This document shows, in pieces, positions 1 to 11,819 of a DNA stretch of 34,404 nt. The notes below the pieces were generated by a model. That model made no database searches and had not been told where the DNA came from. It was given only the letters and a program-made list of their open reading frames with translations. The stretch comes from Nemertoderma westbladi (Eukaryota; Animalia; Xenacoelomorpha), in assembly GCA_032718475.1 (NCBI GenBank), contig JAUCBJ010007516.1, positions 1 to 34,404 on the forward strand. The letters run 5' to 3'. How positions within the stretch are numbered: position 1 is the stretch's first letter; every line of letters starts with the position of its first letter. The position numbers and the translations under genes are program-made.

Positions 1-2
1 CA

Positions 3-380
3 TTTGTCAAGCCAGCCCAACACGTTCGCTGCACTACTAAATGGAACGGTCCAGTGCGTGTAGATTCCATGGACAAACATGCCGTGTACATTAATAACAT
101 CAGAAGACATTTGAAGGACGTACGAAAGGTGCCATATAGTCAACCACTATGCAACACTGAAGACAAGGACGAACCTCCAGATACAACTGACGATGATGAC
201 AGTGATGCAATCGATGACGATTTGGACGATGATGATGAAAGTGAAGTAACTGTCGACTACAGAAACGACGACGCTGATGAACAGAACAATGATGAGGGGA
301 CTAGCGAGACAGGGCCCACAACGCTAACTCGGTCAGGTCGACAAAGCAGGCCACCACACCGATACGGATTTGACACTTAA
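3..380 (+). mobile_element. 3' end of a Ty3/Gypsy LTR-retrotransposon pol ORF (integrase C-terminal region), open at the window edge
   Basis: The frame is open from position 3: FVKPAQHVRCTTKWNGPVRV...RRHLKDVR, then an acidic linker and the terminal TRSGRQSRPPHRY motif typical of Gypsy pol C-termini. A purine tract follows. Confidence 0.75.
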
Positions 381-460
381 AACATTTTTAATTTGTTGTT
401 AAACTATTCTTTGATTGTTAATTTTTGTTCGGGTGACTGTCTAATTATGGTTTAGTTTCC

Positions 461-686
461 AAGAAACTGGGGGAGATATGGCGTAATGGCCGATAGTAGG
501 GCCTATTACAGGGGAATCAGGGGGACCTACCGGAATGAGAGAGTCTGTTAGTCTGTTGTGAGTTGGTGGTTGTTTTTACCTGAGTACTGCAGTTAGGCAG
601 ACCGAAGTACCGGTACTGGCCTATTAATATACATACAGACAGATATATATTTTGCACTTGGTTTTTACCGTTATATTATCGCCGAA
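461..686 (+). mobile_element. Polypurine tract and probable degenerate 3' LTR of the Gypsy element
   Basis: aagaaactgggggaga (461-476) lies 80 bp after the ORF stop and is followed by tatggcgtaat. A weak inverted match, attatcgcc, lies near 675-683. The right LTR boundary is uncertain. Confidence 0.45.
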
Positions 687-700
687 GTAGGCTATAAGGA

Positions 701-1981
701 AAGGCAATGTTTACTCACACATAAGCTGTTGGTTTCTAATGTATTACCCCATAAGCTGATTGCTCTCCCAGTGCTTCCTAAGGGTATATCTACAATAAGG
801 TTACTCACTCTGCTATGTTAGGGGGTGGATCAGGAGAATGAATTTTAGTTACACAAAGCAGTGTGTTGTGTCCTATTGCAGTCGATACTCACTGTGGATT
901 GCAAAATGTTTTATAGTTGACCTACAGTATAATACAGTAGTTACATGTATTTAAGGAGCCCGCTCTGGCCTACCACCTAACTTAGCAGGGGTATTACATA
1001 GTATTATTATAATATTACAATATAGTATTACATATTCACATAGGATTCACTGGGAAGAGATATTCCGCTTGACGACGGGGTAATACCTATAGAAGGAAAC
1101 TAAATTTGTTATTTGGCTATATTCGTTGTTATTTATCTGGTTGTGCATCATGGGGATTTTTTATAAATATTCGGTAATCGCATCTTATATCTTGTAAACG
1201 TTCTTGATAATGAAATTATTTGCTTCATATTATATTTTTGTTAGTGGTAGCTAAGTTGCATTTTTTATTATGTGGGGCGAGCCACAAAGTCAGCTAGCCT
1301 CACGCCTTGCAGTTTAGACAATTTTAGTTTACTTACTGCTGACTGACATAGTTCTTTGTAATAGTCTTGGCTAGGATTTTTCCCCCGGGCTCCTTCCAGC
1401 CAGCTTGCTGGCTTTCTAGTTAGGAGCCCGCTCAAAGAGCAGGGATAGTTACTGTCAGAAAAAATTGTCAGTGAGGGATAAATAGCTATCCATATGCCAT
1501 CTATCCATATACCGGAATTGCAGTTTAGTGCACTTCCTACCTACTGTAGCTTTTTTGATTAAATTTTGCAAGAACATTGTTTTGGTGGTTCATAATCGCG
1601 TTACAAAATTTCAGATCGATTCTATGTGTGGTATTCGATATATTGTTTGTTTTTTTTTATGTTTTTTTGAGATTATTTTGTCGCGAAATTAAATGTATAT
1701 AGAGATTCATGGGCTGCTGTGACAAAGGAATACATAGAGTTGGCTTAGGGGCATTATTAGGCGGACCTGACCCATTTGAATGCAGCCTTATGAATTAATT
1801 AACGGTCCTGTGCTTATAATAATTCAATCAGCTGGCCTACCATTTAACATCAGTGAGTAACATTGTAGATATTCCTATAGGATTCACAGGGAAGAGATAT
1901 TCAGCTGACGGGGTAATACATTATAAACAGTTGATGTTTGATTACTGTCTGTGATAGTGTGAAGTGAGTAAACACAACCTT
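701..1981. mobile_element. Non-autonomous TIR element with internal duplication
   Basis: Inverted termini aaggcaatgtttactcac / gtgagtaaacacaacctt, plus inverted aatgtattacccc / ggggtaatacatt. An internal direct repeat, ataggattcac(t/a)gggaagagatattc, occurs at about 1040 and 1877. Confidence 0.5.
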
Positions 1982-2546
1982 ACTAAAACTTGGCAAGTAA
2001 AATACTTTTCTGCAGTTTTGGCATATCCGCACCAGCTTGTATTTCTATCATTGAGTCTATGGCCACTCAATACTATATAAATAGTATTGAAATAGCGCCT
2101 CCATCAATTCTATATAAATTGAAATAAAACTTGCGAATTAATATACTTCGCGATACGCATTGGCCTACACACAAACACTTATAATCTGTCACCTTATATA
2201 TACGCTGGCTTGGCTTAGTGATTTTCAACGGATATTCCAATATTGTGACTAAGCAATATCAGCGTTAACCAATCGCAGCAAACCATGTTTGGGCAGCTGT
2301 TATTACTACAGTAGTAAATCTAATAAATATAAAGAATAAAGTTCATCAAATTTGAATTTTGTGCAAACATCGCAAATTTGACGGTTGATTTTGTTGAAGT
2401 CTTTTAAGTAAAAATTATAATAAGTTCCAATATATGACAATTTTTCTACAAATAACTGTAGTACTGGATGGACTGGAGCTGTTGCTGGTTCTTTAAAGTC
2501 AACATGATGAATACTCTCACTTAGATTAGATATTTAAAAAAAAAAA

Positions 2547-2580
<34 letters not shown>

Positions 2581-2841
2581 TGTCGTCGTCGTCTGTCGTC
2601 GTGAATTTTTGATCGCTAATAACTCGGTTATTCCTCGATGAAATTAAACGAAACTTGGTACGTATGTAGTCCGTCAAAGGTTTAGAAAGAATCTGAAGTT
2701 TGGTCAAAAACGAACGAACGCAACGAGGCACAAGAGGAGCACGAGTATTGTGTTGAAGACTTCTGACTAACGGCAGACAACTCGTTAATGATGCCCATAT
2801 GTTAAAGGCTTTGCTCACTTCGTGCTGCGCGAAGGCCCCAC
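2547..2841 (+). mobile_element. Helentron/HINE (DINE-1-like) non-autonomous element, short copy
   Basis: (GTC)n microsatellite, core gctaataac...gaaacttgg, and a 3' end cgtgctgcgcgaaggccccac identical to 5563-5583. A matching head, tgtggggcgagccac, is at 1271. Confidence 0.55.
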
Positions 2842-3526
2842 GAACATGTCTAGACTCAGACGGTAATCTGATGTTCTGTTCTATCGCCAAGTTCCAATAG
2901 CGTGAAGCTGCACCATGTTTATTACGACTTTCCCCTAACTTTATAGACCTTTTATCTACAGCCTTATAGACTTTTCTACAGCGTTGAGATTTTATTCATT
3001 ATTGTTAGATTTTTTCCCTTTATTTGTATATTTTTTCCGGTGTATTTTTAGCAAAACAAAACGGCTAAAAATACGGTATATTTTCTCTGCATTTTTGGAT
3101 TATTTAGAGGCTATACTTTGGATCCTAACGGACTCAAAGCACCCCTCACCTGGTTTCTATCTTTTTCCTCATCCCAGAGGTTTACAGTAAGCTATTTTAT
3201 TTATTTAGAAGGAAGCAATAGTATTATTTGGGAAGAAAAGAAAATCACTGTGTTTTTGTACTATATTAAAAAGTTGTGGATTTCCGTAAATAACAAGTCA
3301 TTGAAGGACCGTGTTCTAGTGGAAATATTTTATGTTAGCCGGAAAACCAAAACACTCGAAAGTAGAGCACTACCTGGAACTTTTTTTGAGATTCAAAGCC
3401 GTTTTAGGAGCTTATCGTGCCAAGGAGCACGAGAAATCCATTACACTAGTGTATTCTAACAATGTGTAATTTCACTGTTATGGTTGGTCAGCTACCAGGT
3501 GATAATAAATACTGTATGTCGAAATT

Positions 3527-3600
3527 GACGTCCAGGTGGGTTCGAACTGGTGACCACCGAATTTTTAAGTCTGACGCTCTAACCATTTGGCTAGCGGCTC
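3527..3600 (-). mobile_element. tRNA-derived SINE-like head or tRNA pseudogene (tRNA-Lys-like)
   Basis: The minus strand reads GAGCCGCTAGCCAAATGGTTAGAGCGTCAGACTTAAAAATTCGGTGGTCACCAGTTCGAACCCACCTGGACGTC, with A box TAGCCAAATGG and B box GTTCGAACC. The acceptor, anticodon and T stems do not pair properly. Confidence 0.6.
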
Positions 3601-3980
3601 AGGTAAAATATAGACCTGGAAATACTATCTGATACCTAGTATGTCCGCAAGTTACCTCCTCATGGCCTCCCATCTGTCAATACCATCGTATGCTGCCACT
3701 GTGCTCAACCCTACAGTACTTGGCCGTCTTTAACCACTCGCTCATTCACCCATAACACCAATCTTTGACAATAGTACAATAAATGACAATATTGTGACTA
3801 AGCAATATCACCGTTAACCAATCGCAGTAAACCAAGTTTTGGCAGCTGTTATATTCCCTTCACTGTCTTCTTTTTTTTTGTTAAAACACAAACAAGTGCA
3901 CACTCTCTATAATTGCATAGGCAAATTAATTTATTTATGTGCAGTTTAAATCCTACACGGATTTATGCACTATACTTTGT

Positions 3981-5590
3981 TGTGGGGCGAGCCACGAAGT
4001 TGGCGGAGCCTTAGCGAATTGACACTGTTAGGGGGTGGGTCAATTTATGCAAATAGTTGTCGTCGTCGTCGTCGTCGTTGTCGTCGTCGTCGTCGTCGTC
4101 GTTACGATTTTGACATGCTAATAACTTTGTCGGATTTAAAGCTGCCAAGTTGAAAATTTGTAGGTATCAATATGAGCTAAAGTTGAGATTTTTGAGAGAC
4201 TTTCAGACACCATCAGTGCAATGGTCTCCCGCTAGAGGGCCACATGTCTAAACATTAAATGCCCTCCCATTTCTTTGCTTTTAATCCGTTTAAGCTGAAA
4301 CTTGGCAGATATGTATTAGACCATTAGCTGTGACTTTCAAAGGAGGCGAATCCATCTGCAGTTCTCCAGTCTGCCGCTAGAGGGCCAAAGGTCTGAAAGT
4401 GAAATCGTTGTCGTCGTTACGATTTTGACATGCTAATAACTTTGTCGGATTTAAAGCTGCCAAGTTGAAAATTTGTAGGTATCAATATGAGCTAAAGTTG
4501 AGATTTTTGAGAGACTTTCAGACACCATCAGTGCAATGGTCTCCCGCTAGAGGGCCACATGTCTAAACATTAAATGCCCTCCCATTTCTTTGCTTTTAAT
4601 CCGTTTAAGCTGAAACTTGGCAGATATGTATTAGACCATTAGCTGTGACTTTCAAAGGAGGCGAATCCATCTGCAGTTCTCCAGTCTGCCGCTAGAGGGC
4701 CAAAGGTCTGAAAGTGAAATCGTTGTCGTCGTTACGATTTTGACATGCTAATAACTTTGTCGGATTTAAAGCTGCCAAGTTGAAAATTTGTAGGTATCAA
4801 TATGAGCTAAAGTTGAGATTTTTGAGAGACTTTCAGACACCATCAGTGCAATGGTCTCCCGCTAGAGGGCCACATGTCTAAACATTAAATGCCCTCCCAT
4901 TTCTTTGCTTTTAATCCGTTTAAGCTGAAACTTGGCAGATATGTATTAGACCATTAGCTGTGACTTTCAAAGGAGGCGAATCCATCTGCAGTTCTCCAGT
5001 CTGCCGCTAGAGGGCCAAATGTCTGAAAGTGAAATCGTTGTCGTCGTTATGATATTGACATGCTTATAACTTTGTCGAATTTAAAGCTGCCAAGTTGAAA
5101 ATTTGTTTTGTTGAAAATCAGTTCAACAGTCACCCGCTATAGGACTACTTTATGCCTGAAAGTGAATAGATTCTCCCGTCTCATTGATTTTAATCAGTTT
5201 AAGCTGAATCTTGCCATATATTCTGGACCACATGCTGCGTCTTTGTGGGGGGGGGGGGGGGGGGGGGGAGATTTAATCGGTCTGCCGCTATACGACGAAA
5301 TTTCTGAAAGTGAGATCCGTCTCTCATTTCGTTATCCGTTATTCAAGATGAAACTTGGCCGATGTACGTATGTACTATTCATCCATAGGCTGTGTCTTTG
5401 TGGGGCTGGAGACCCTAATCCATCTTCAGTTCTCACTATACCGCTAGAGTCAGAAATGTCTGAATAGAAATGAAAGAGGTAAAAAGTGATTAGGCGAAAT
5501 CTGCTTAAAATTTGCTAATACAGTAATACTTTCGAATTAGTACTTAAATTAAATTTAAGTCACGTGCTGCGCGAAGGCCCCACTTCGTGT
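3981..5590 (+). mobile_element. Helentron/HINE (DINE-1-like) element with internal tandem array
   Basis: Head tgtggggcgagccacgaagt, (GTC)n at about 4060-4100, tandem core repeats, and tail gcgcgaaggccccacttcgtg carrying short inverted matches to the head (gtggggc/gccccac; cacgaagt/acttcgtg). The left flank is T-rich. Confidence 0.6.
4101..5105 (+). repeat. 315-bp tandem repeat, about 3.2 near-identical copies, each a dimer of diverged subunits
   Basis: gtta(c/t)gat(t/a)ttgacatgct starts at 4101, 4416, 4731 and 5046. ccgctagagggc occurs twice per unit. Confidence 0.95.
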
Positions 5591-6233
5591 TGTTTAGTAT
5601 CTTGATGTCATTGCTCTCTTATTATTTTAAATTACACTTTTAATTTCATCTTTCTTTGTCTGCTTCCACGTTACGTACCGGTACGTTTTACCGAACAAGG
5701 TCGGGTATATATTAATATTTTTCGATAACAATATAACTATTCGGAAAACAGCGCTTTTTTTAATGTCATTTTTAGGTTAGTAATATTCGACTATTATTAC
5801 ATATATCAGAGTGGTCGAGTTTTGCACGACTTGATAACTTTTTAATACGAGCGAAACGAGTGCTCATTTGCCAAAAAGCGTAAAACTCAACAACACACGA
5901 GAACAGAATATCTTAATTTTGCTAAAAAGTGATTGAAAGAGGTTTTGAAGCCTTTACTCAATTTCAACCTAATTTGGATAGACGTACTAGAGGAAAAGTT
6001 CCAATATTTTGAAAATTTTCGTGGGGCATTCGTGCTGCCCGAGTCAAGTACTCGGGTTACCCGTTCTCGAGTAAGCAGCCGCTCGTGCTGCGCGACGCGA
6101 CACGTACGTTTATTTATTTACTGCGAGACGTTCGAATAGGCTGGAGTCCTGAAGTGCTATAGTGGAACCACAAACATATCCACATCCACCCCCATACATA
6201 CTAATAAAGGTGCCGCGATGTCGGGTTATAATT

Positions 6234-6278
6234 CTACTCCAGCTCTCCGAAATGTTGATCCAATCGACGGTAAACAAA
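6234..6278 (-). CDS. Putative second exon of the EF-hand gene
   Basis: Acceptor ttttttgtatatgttcag is followed in frame by FVYRRLDQHFGELE, which aligns to calmodulin VMRSLGQNPTEAE. It then meets TAG, or a weak GA|GTAGAA donor. The implied intron is 147 bp. Confidence 0.5.
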   Translation of the reverse strand, partial: FVYRRLDQHFGELE

Positions 6279-6425
6279 CTGAACATATACAAAAAAACCA
6301 TACAAATTTTAGGGGTCTTAATAACTCGGTGAAAAGGGCTCCTTACCGCAACGCTTGCGTTGCGTTTCTAGTTTTATGTGGCCTACAAATGAAATAATGT
6401 TGAACATAATTAATATGAATCGAAC

Positions 6426-6566
6426 CTGTTTTAATTCATCAACGGTAATTTGACCGCCGCCATCAACATCAGTTAGTTTAAAAGTCTCATAATAATCTTG
6501 AATTAGTCCGTCGTCTAGCTTACCATGGTAAACAGCTTGGGCTTTGGCGTAATCTCGGCGGGACAT
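6426..6566 (-). CDS. Calmodulin-like EF-hand protein, first coding exon
   Basis: MSRRDY...IQDYYETFKLTDVDGGGQITVDELKQ contains a canonical EF-hand loop (DVDGGGQITVDE) in calmodulin EF1 context. It ends at CAG|GT (phase 0), where similarity stops. Confidence 0.7.
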
Positions 6567-9346
6567 ATCCCTATATTGTATTGTATTGCAATACCCCTGT
6601 TAGTATTATAAAATCACATTGCAAAGAAAGGGGCATTAAAAGCAATCAGCAGCTACATATACCAGTTTAGTTGGAGAACAGAAGAAAATATATAAATTTA
6701 TCCACAAATAATATATGTACTGTATCTATATAATTAAAATTTAATATAATATATATTTAAAATTACATTTTTTAAAATTCAATTTAGTTTTTAAATTTTA
6801 AATGTTTAATTTTTAAATTAATTTAGGAATATTGCAACATGTACAGTATTTAAAATTTTACCGTTTTATGTACTGTAGGAAGCCATGGTCAAATTTTTCA
6901 TTAACATTGCATTATGTACTGTAGGAAGCCATAGTCAAATTTTTCATTAACATTTGCATTATGTAATTATGATATTATATATAACAGTAGTTGAGTAGCC
7001 TACATGTAGGCCTACTGTTCTGTAGTAGTACAGTACTTGTGGCTAATTTTTATATTAGTCTGCTATACTGATTGATACTGTAGTTTATTTTTTGGTCGGT
7101 TTATTGTGACCAATAAAAAAACTAAAGAGGAAATTTGTATGCTTAATAAAACATAGGTATTGTTTAATGTTAAACAAGTTTTACTTTTAAAATAATAGCT
7201 ACATCCTAATTTTCTAAATCCTAAATAAACTTTGTTGGAATTCGTATTTCTTCAGTGGAAATTCTAAAAGTAAGCCTGCAGTAAGTCTGCTTGAAACTTT
7301 ACGGACTACTGTTATTTTACCTGTAATATTGTATAGGCCTACCTGTACAATAGCGAGCAATCTACTTAACAATTAATAAAATAGTATTGGCAAAGCAATG
7401 TTAACTTTAAAAAAAAATCACACATACCTACAAAAACTAACTTACATTTAATGTCAATAACTTTATGGTACGGTAAAGTGCAGCAAGCAAACTTATATAT
7501 TCTTACGCCTACTTATTTAAATAGGGTTATCTATTAGAGTATAATTGTACAATGTGACGTCACATTCGTTACACGGCATGTAACAACGGATAGTTTTAGA
7601 TTTTTAACCATGAATGCCAAGTACCAACTAATCCATGGTAATTGATAGAGCTTATTCCTATAATACATATGCGCTCGCCTTTGTCATGAATTATAATCTG
7701 TAATAACGTAATTACCGTCCCATAGAGATGGTAATTTAAGGCGCTGCTACAATGCTAAATGATACAGTAATGGACCCATGTGTGTACGGTAGGTAGGATT
7801 GCCCGGGGGTAGAAGTCGATCTCCGTTAAGTATCGGTACAGGTACAGGTAACTTCTTGTTATATCTAATGAATTAAAGAAAACAATCGAAATTATTCACC
7901 CAAGATTGCACTCGCTTAAGAAGTATTCTTAAACTGCCCCGGTCAAAGCCTTCTCACTGGGTTGAGGGTGGGTAGGGGTTTGGAGGAAAAAATACATTTC
8001 CAGCAAAATTGGTATTGGAACCTCTCTCAGAAAGTGTAAGTGTTTGAAAAAGAAAATAATAATTCTGTCTTAAAAAAGTTTATGTCAATCAAAACTGATC
8101 TTACAGTATATGGTGTACATACAATTAATGGGAATAAACTTCGTTATATTTTTCATTAATTCACTGCTCCCCTCATTAGCCTCATGCGATAATGCGACTT
8201 GGGCAGTTGGGGGTGGGGGTGTTCTGTGTCACTAAATGAGCTCATGATGACAAGGGGACGGGGTTCGGGTGCCAAAATATACGCTTTTTTGATGACGGTA
8301 ATACTTGAATACCCCCAACCCAGTTGTCGTGGATTACAGTCCTGTAGAACCTGCACCTGCGCTGACAAAACAAATGAAAATAAAACCTCCATATCTATAG
8401 AATTTCAATATTTCTACAACATCATGCACCTGTTCAATGATTTCGAGGAAACCCTCTTACCCTATTCGAACCGGCTGCATCATTAGTTTCAGCGACACAT
8501 GCCATGACATATACCGTAGGTCGAAACCACAGTAATTAGATATATTTTAAAAGGTCGATGGTCTACTTCATTGCATTTTCCTTAATTAAGCAGAGCTGCC
8601 GGTGAAGGAAAGCTATTGACTAACCACTCACTGTCTGCTAAGCCTGCTCTAAAATTTTAAATTTAAATTATTTTAGTAAATTTAAATTTATATATACCGA
8701 ACTTAGATAATTTTCATTTTTCAAATTTCAGCACACAATGAAAAATAGTATAACATTTCACCCATTATAGAAATCGATAATTTTGTTTTTTAGTGAGTAT
8801 TTCCAATTCGTGAAAATTGAAAATTTTTCACGATATCTCGAAAAATAAATAACATATGATGAAACTGGGTACAGATTTGAAGTCCTCAGAGAATTTCGCA
8901 CATACTGTAATGGTAACTATAACGAATCCCTATTCATTATACCCAAATTCGACAATTCCGCACACCCCCAAGAAATGTTCTAGAAAACAATTTTTGGTGT
9001 AAAAAAAAGGAGCTCGATAAAATATTTCAAAAAATATTTTGTTTTGCTATACAGACCATTATATAAGAGATGACAGTCATAGATTTAACGGTATTTTTTA
9101 TGTCACCAACAATCTGAGAGTTTTTACAACCAGGGGTGGGTTTGGGCCTGACCATAACTACGTAACCCTAACCAAAAAAATAAACCAAAAATCCAATTAG
9201 TTAAAGGGCTGTACGGTTTGCTAGGTCTTCTCTAGTATTACTATACTGTAAGTAAGGGAGGGGGATGGGGGGGGGGGGGGGCAGATTCGCCACGGACACA
9301 CCTGCCTACGGCCTATCCTGTAAAAAGAACCGTTAACTGTTAAAAT

Positions 9347-10487
9347 GGTGTCGTCGCGTTACGGCTAATGTCGCGTTACGGCAAATTTTTTGAGAGATTA
9401 GCCGTAACGCGACTTTCAAAGTCACGATAGATTAGCCGCGATAGACTTTGAAAGTCGCGTTACGGCTACTCTAAAAGTCGCGATACGGCAAATTGTTGCG
9501 TTACGGCTAATATATTGTCTTGGTTTTACATACGGAATCATTATCAATATTATTCTATGGTGTTTACGTACAGATGAGGTCCGAAAAATGTAATGTAAAA
9601 AATGTTTTACAGCATGGGAGTATTGGGATGGGGGATTTTACCATCTTTTATAGTCTGTTTGTTCTTCGACAACCTCACATTCAATATAATATTGCATTCT
9701 ACAGTATAGTATTCTTAGTCACAGCCTCAAGCACAGGTACGGATTACAGCCAATAATAGCAGAAGAAACAATGAATGGTTTTATGGAACATATTCCACTA
9801 CTTTATATCGATGTTGTTAACCAACGCCTGGCTCGCTACCGAGACCATATGGCGTTCTGTTTGGGGACTGACAAGTGACAAGCAGACAATGGCCGTCCTT
9901 CCGGCCGCCGATCACCCAGTTGAAGGTCCAGCTGCATTTAGGGGGTGGTGATCCCGACTGGAATGTTGGTGTAGCGAACCACACCTCCGCGGCCAAACCA
10001 TTTCTTCCCAACCCACCCCCGAACCACCCCTTCGCGGCTGACCCATTGCTTCCCAACCCACCCCCGAACCATTCCAAACCACCCCACCACCAAACCACCC
10101 CTTCGCGGCTGAACCATTCCAACCCACCCCACCACGAACCAAATGCCATACGCGGGCGATCACTGGTTAGTTTTAGATGGTTTTCATTTGATTATTATAA
10201 TGATAAATTCAAAGTGCTATATTTAGGCAATATACTGATATACTTTCGACCAATATACCTATGGTCAGATGGTACTGTGTACTGCGGTAACTCAATACAA
10301 TACAACAATAATAAGATAAGACAATAATTAATAAATTAAGTTTTTTTAGTTAAAATAGATTTAGCCGTAACGCGACAATTTGCCGTAACGCAACTTTTTG
10401 AGTAGCCGTGCCGCGACTTTCAAAGTCGCGTTACGGCTACTCTGAAAATTAGCCGTAACGCGACATTAGCCGTACCGCCACTGCGCC
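9347..10487. mobile_element. MITE with long TIRs and 8-bp TSD (Merlin-like termini)
   Basis: TSD gttaaaat at 9339-9346 and 10488-10495. Termini are GG...CC. TIRs are built of gtcgcgttacggc / gccgtaacgcgac repeats, and the core is a C-rich minisatellite-like stretch at about 9975-10140. Confidence 0.85.
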
Positions 10488-10653
10488 GTTAAAATACGGC
10501 AATACCGCTCTGCCGCTCCACACTTCCTATAGTGATAAGAACTGGAAGCTGAAGTTCAAACTGAAAGCAAGTTCATGTCCTTTTGGCTGCAATTAATTAG
10601 GCCTATTGCAGTATTACATTTTCCAGTTATAAGCTGATTTATGATCACAGCAC

Positions 10654-11819
10654 GGGTAAATCTTTTCGACCTACGCGTAGGCCTACGCGTAGCTACGCGT
10701 AGCTACGCGTAGTTTGTAACTTCCATTCTTGTCATTTACCGGTAGGGCCAGACTTACTGCCTTTTTAACTACTACGCGTAGGTGTTTTAAAACTACGCGT
10801 AGTTATTTTGGAACTACGCGTAGGTATTTTGAAACTCCTTTAGGTGCTACGCGTAGCTACGCGTAGGTGCTACGCGTAGCAGTCCTGATAACAATGATTT
10901 TTCATTTCAGGTCCGGTAAGGTTGAGTTGTTAGGCAAGTATCGGTATATGTCAGGTATCTGATTATCAGATAAAGGAATAACAGAATCGGAAACTCATAT
11001 CTCTACATACAGCACTGGTAATAAATAATATTCGGCTCTTTCACATACAAACACAGGATGAATAAAAAGTAGACTTAAAATTCACGTCTCATGATTCAAG
11101 TATCTTTGTTTCCATTGGATTATTGAAATATTCTACAGTAGTAAGCTACCAATCTACCAGTGAAGCTGATAAATACTACATAAAATTCAATTGTTTGGTC
11201 AAATAACAAGTGCAACCAATCATGGTAGACAATTTAGCCTCCCCCACCCCCTTCCCTTGTTAAGGAGTTAACATATTAAATATATCCTTGCCCTATCGTG
11301 GACACAGGCAATAAAAAGCATAGAGAATCGATAAGAACCATCGGCCTATTTCCTTTGAAAACTATTTTTGAACTCTAAACATTATTACCGGTAACACATT
11401 TTAGCACCCGCAACGCATGAAGTGAAGAATATGTAGTCTTAGCGTATTCCTCTATATAGAGTATACAGGTATAGGATGCATTACTGTTTAAAGCATTTGA
11501 TGGTTGTGGGTTGTTTATTGAACATACCGTATGGTCTTATTTTAGTACTGAACCGCTTGGAATACGTAGGCCTACTAATGATAAACGACATATAGGCATA
11601 GTTATGGGTAGGACCTACGCGTAGTTATACGTAGCACCTACGCGGAGGTCGCGTAGGACCTACGCGTAGCTACGCGTAGCTACGCGTAGCACCTACGCGT
11701 AGTTAATGTTAAAACTCTGAAACTGGTGATATATGACCCAATGTTGCGAACTACGCGTAGCTACGCGTAGCTACGCGTAGCTACGCGTAGGCCTACGCGT
11801 AGGTTGAAAAGATTTACCC
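10654..11819. mobile_element. MITE with TACGCGTA-repeat TIRs and 8-bp TSD
   Basis: TSD cacagcac at 10646-10653 and 11820-11827. TIR gggtaaatcttttc(g/a)acctacgcgtaggcctacgcgtagctacgcgtag. Confidence 0.9.

Larger units (their letters stand above)
2238..3853 (+). repeat. Pair of ~65-bp dispersed direct repeats (about 2238-2304 and 3788-3853)
   Basis: caatattgtgactaagcaatatca(g/c)cgttaaccaatcgcag(c/t)aaacca..gttt.ggcagctgttat occurs twice with few mismatches. Confidence 0.8.

Noticed and set aside
3527-3600. Functional tRNA gene
   Set aside because: A and B boxes are present but the cloverleaf stems do not pair. Kept only as a SINE-like or pseudogene feature.
2330-3760. Candidate downstream exons of the EF-hand gene (minus strand near 2400, 2500 and 3700)
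   Set aside because: Only a few residues resemble EF-hand sequence, and the frames hit stops or lack consistent splice phases.
2534-4153. Poly-Arg ORFs at 2534-2890 and 3965-4153
   Set aside because: They are translations of (GTC)n microsatellites inside HINE-like elements.
9160-9240. Possible Helitron 3' end (…ggtcttctCTAGt) and an aaccctaacc telomere-like motif
   Set aside because: The hairpin is not convincing and fewer than two repeat units are present.
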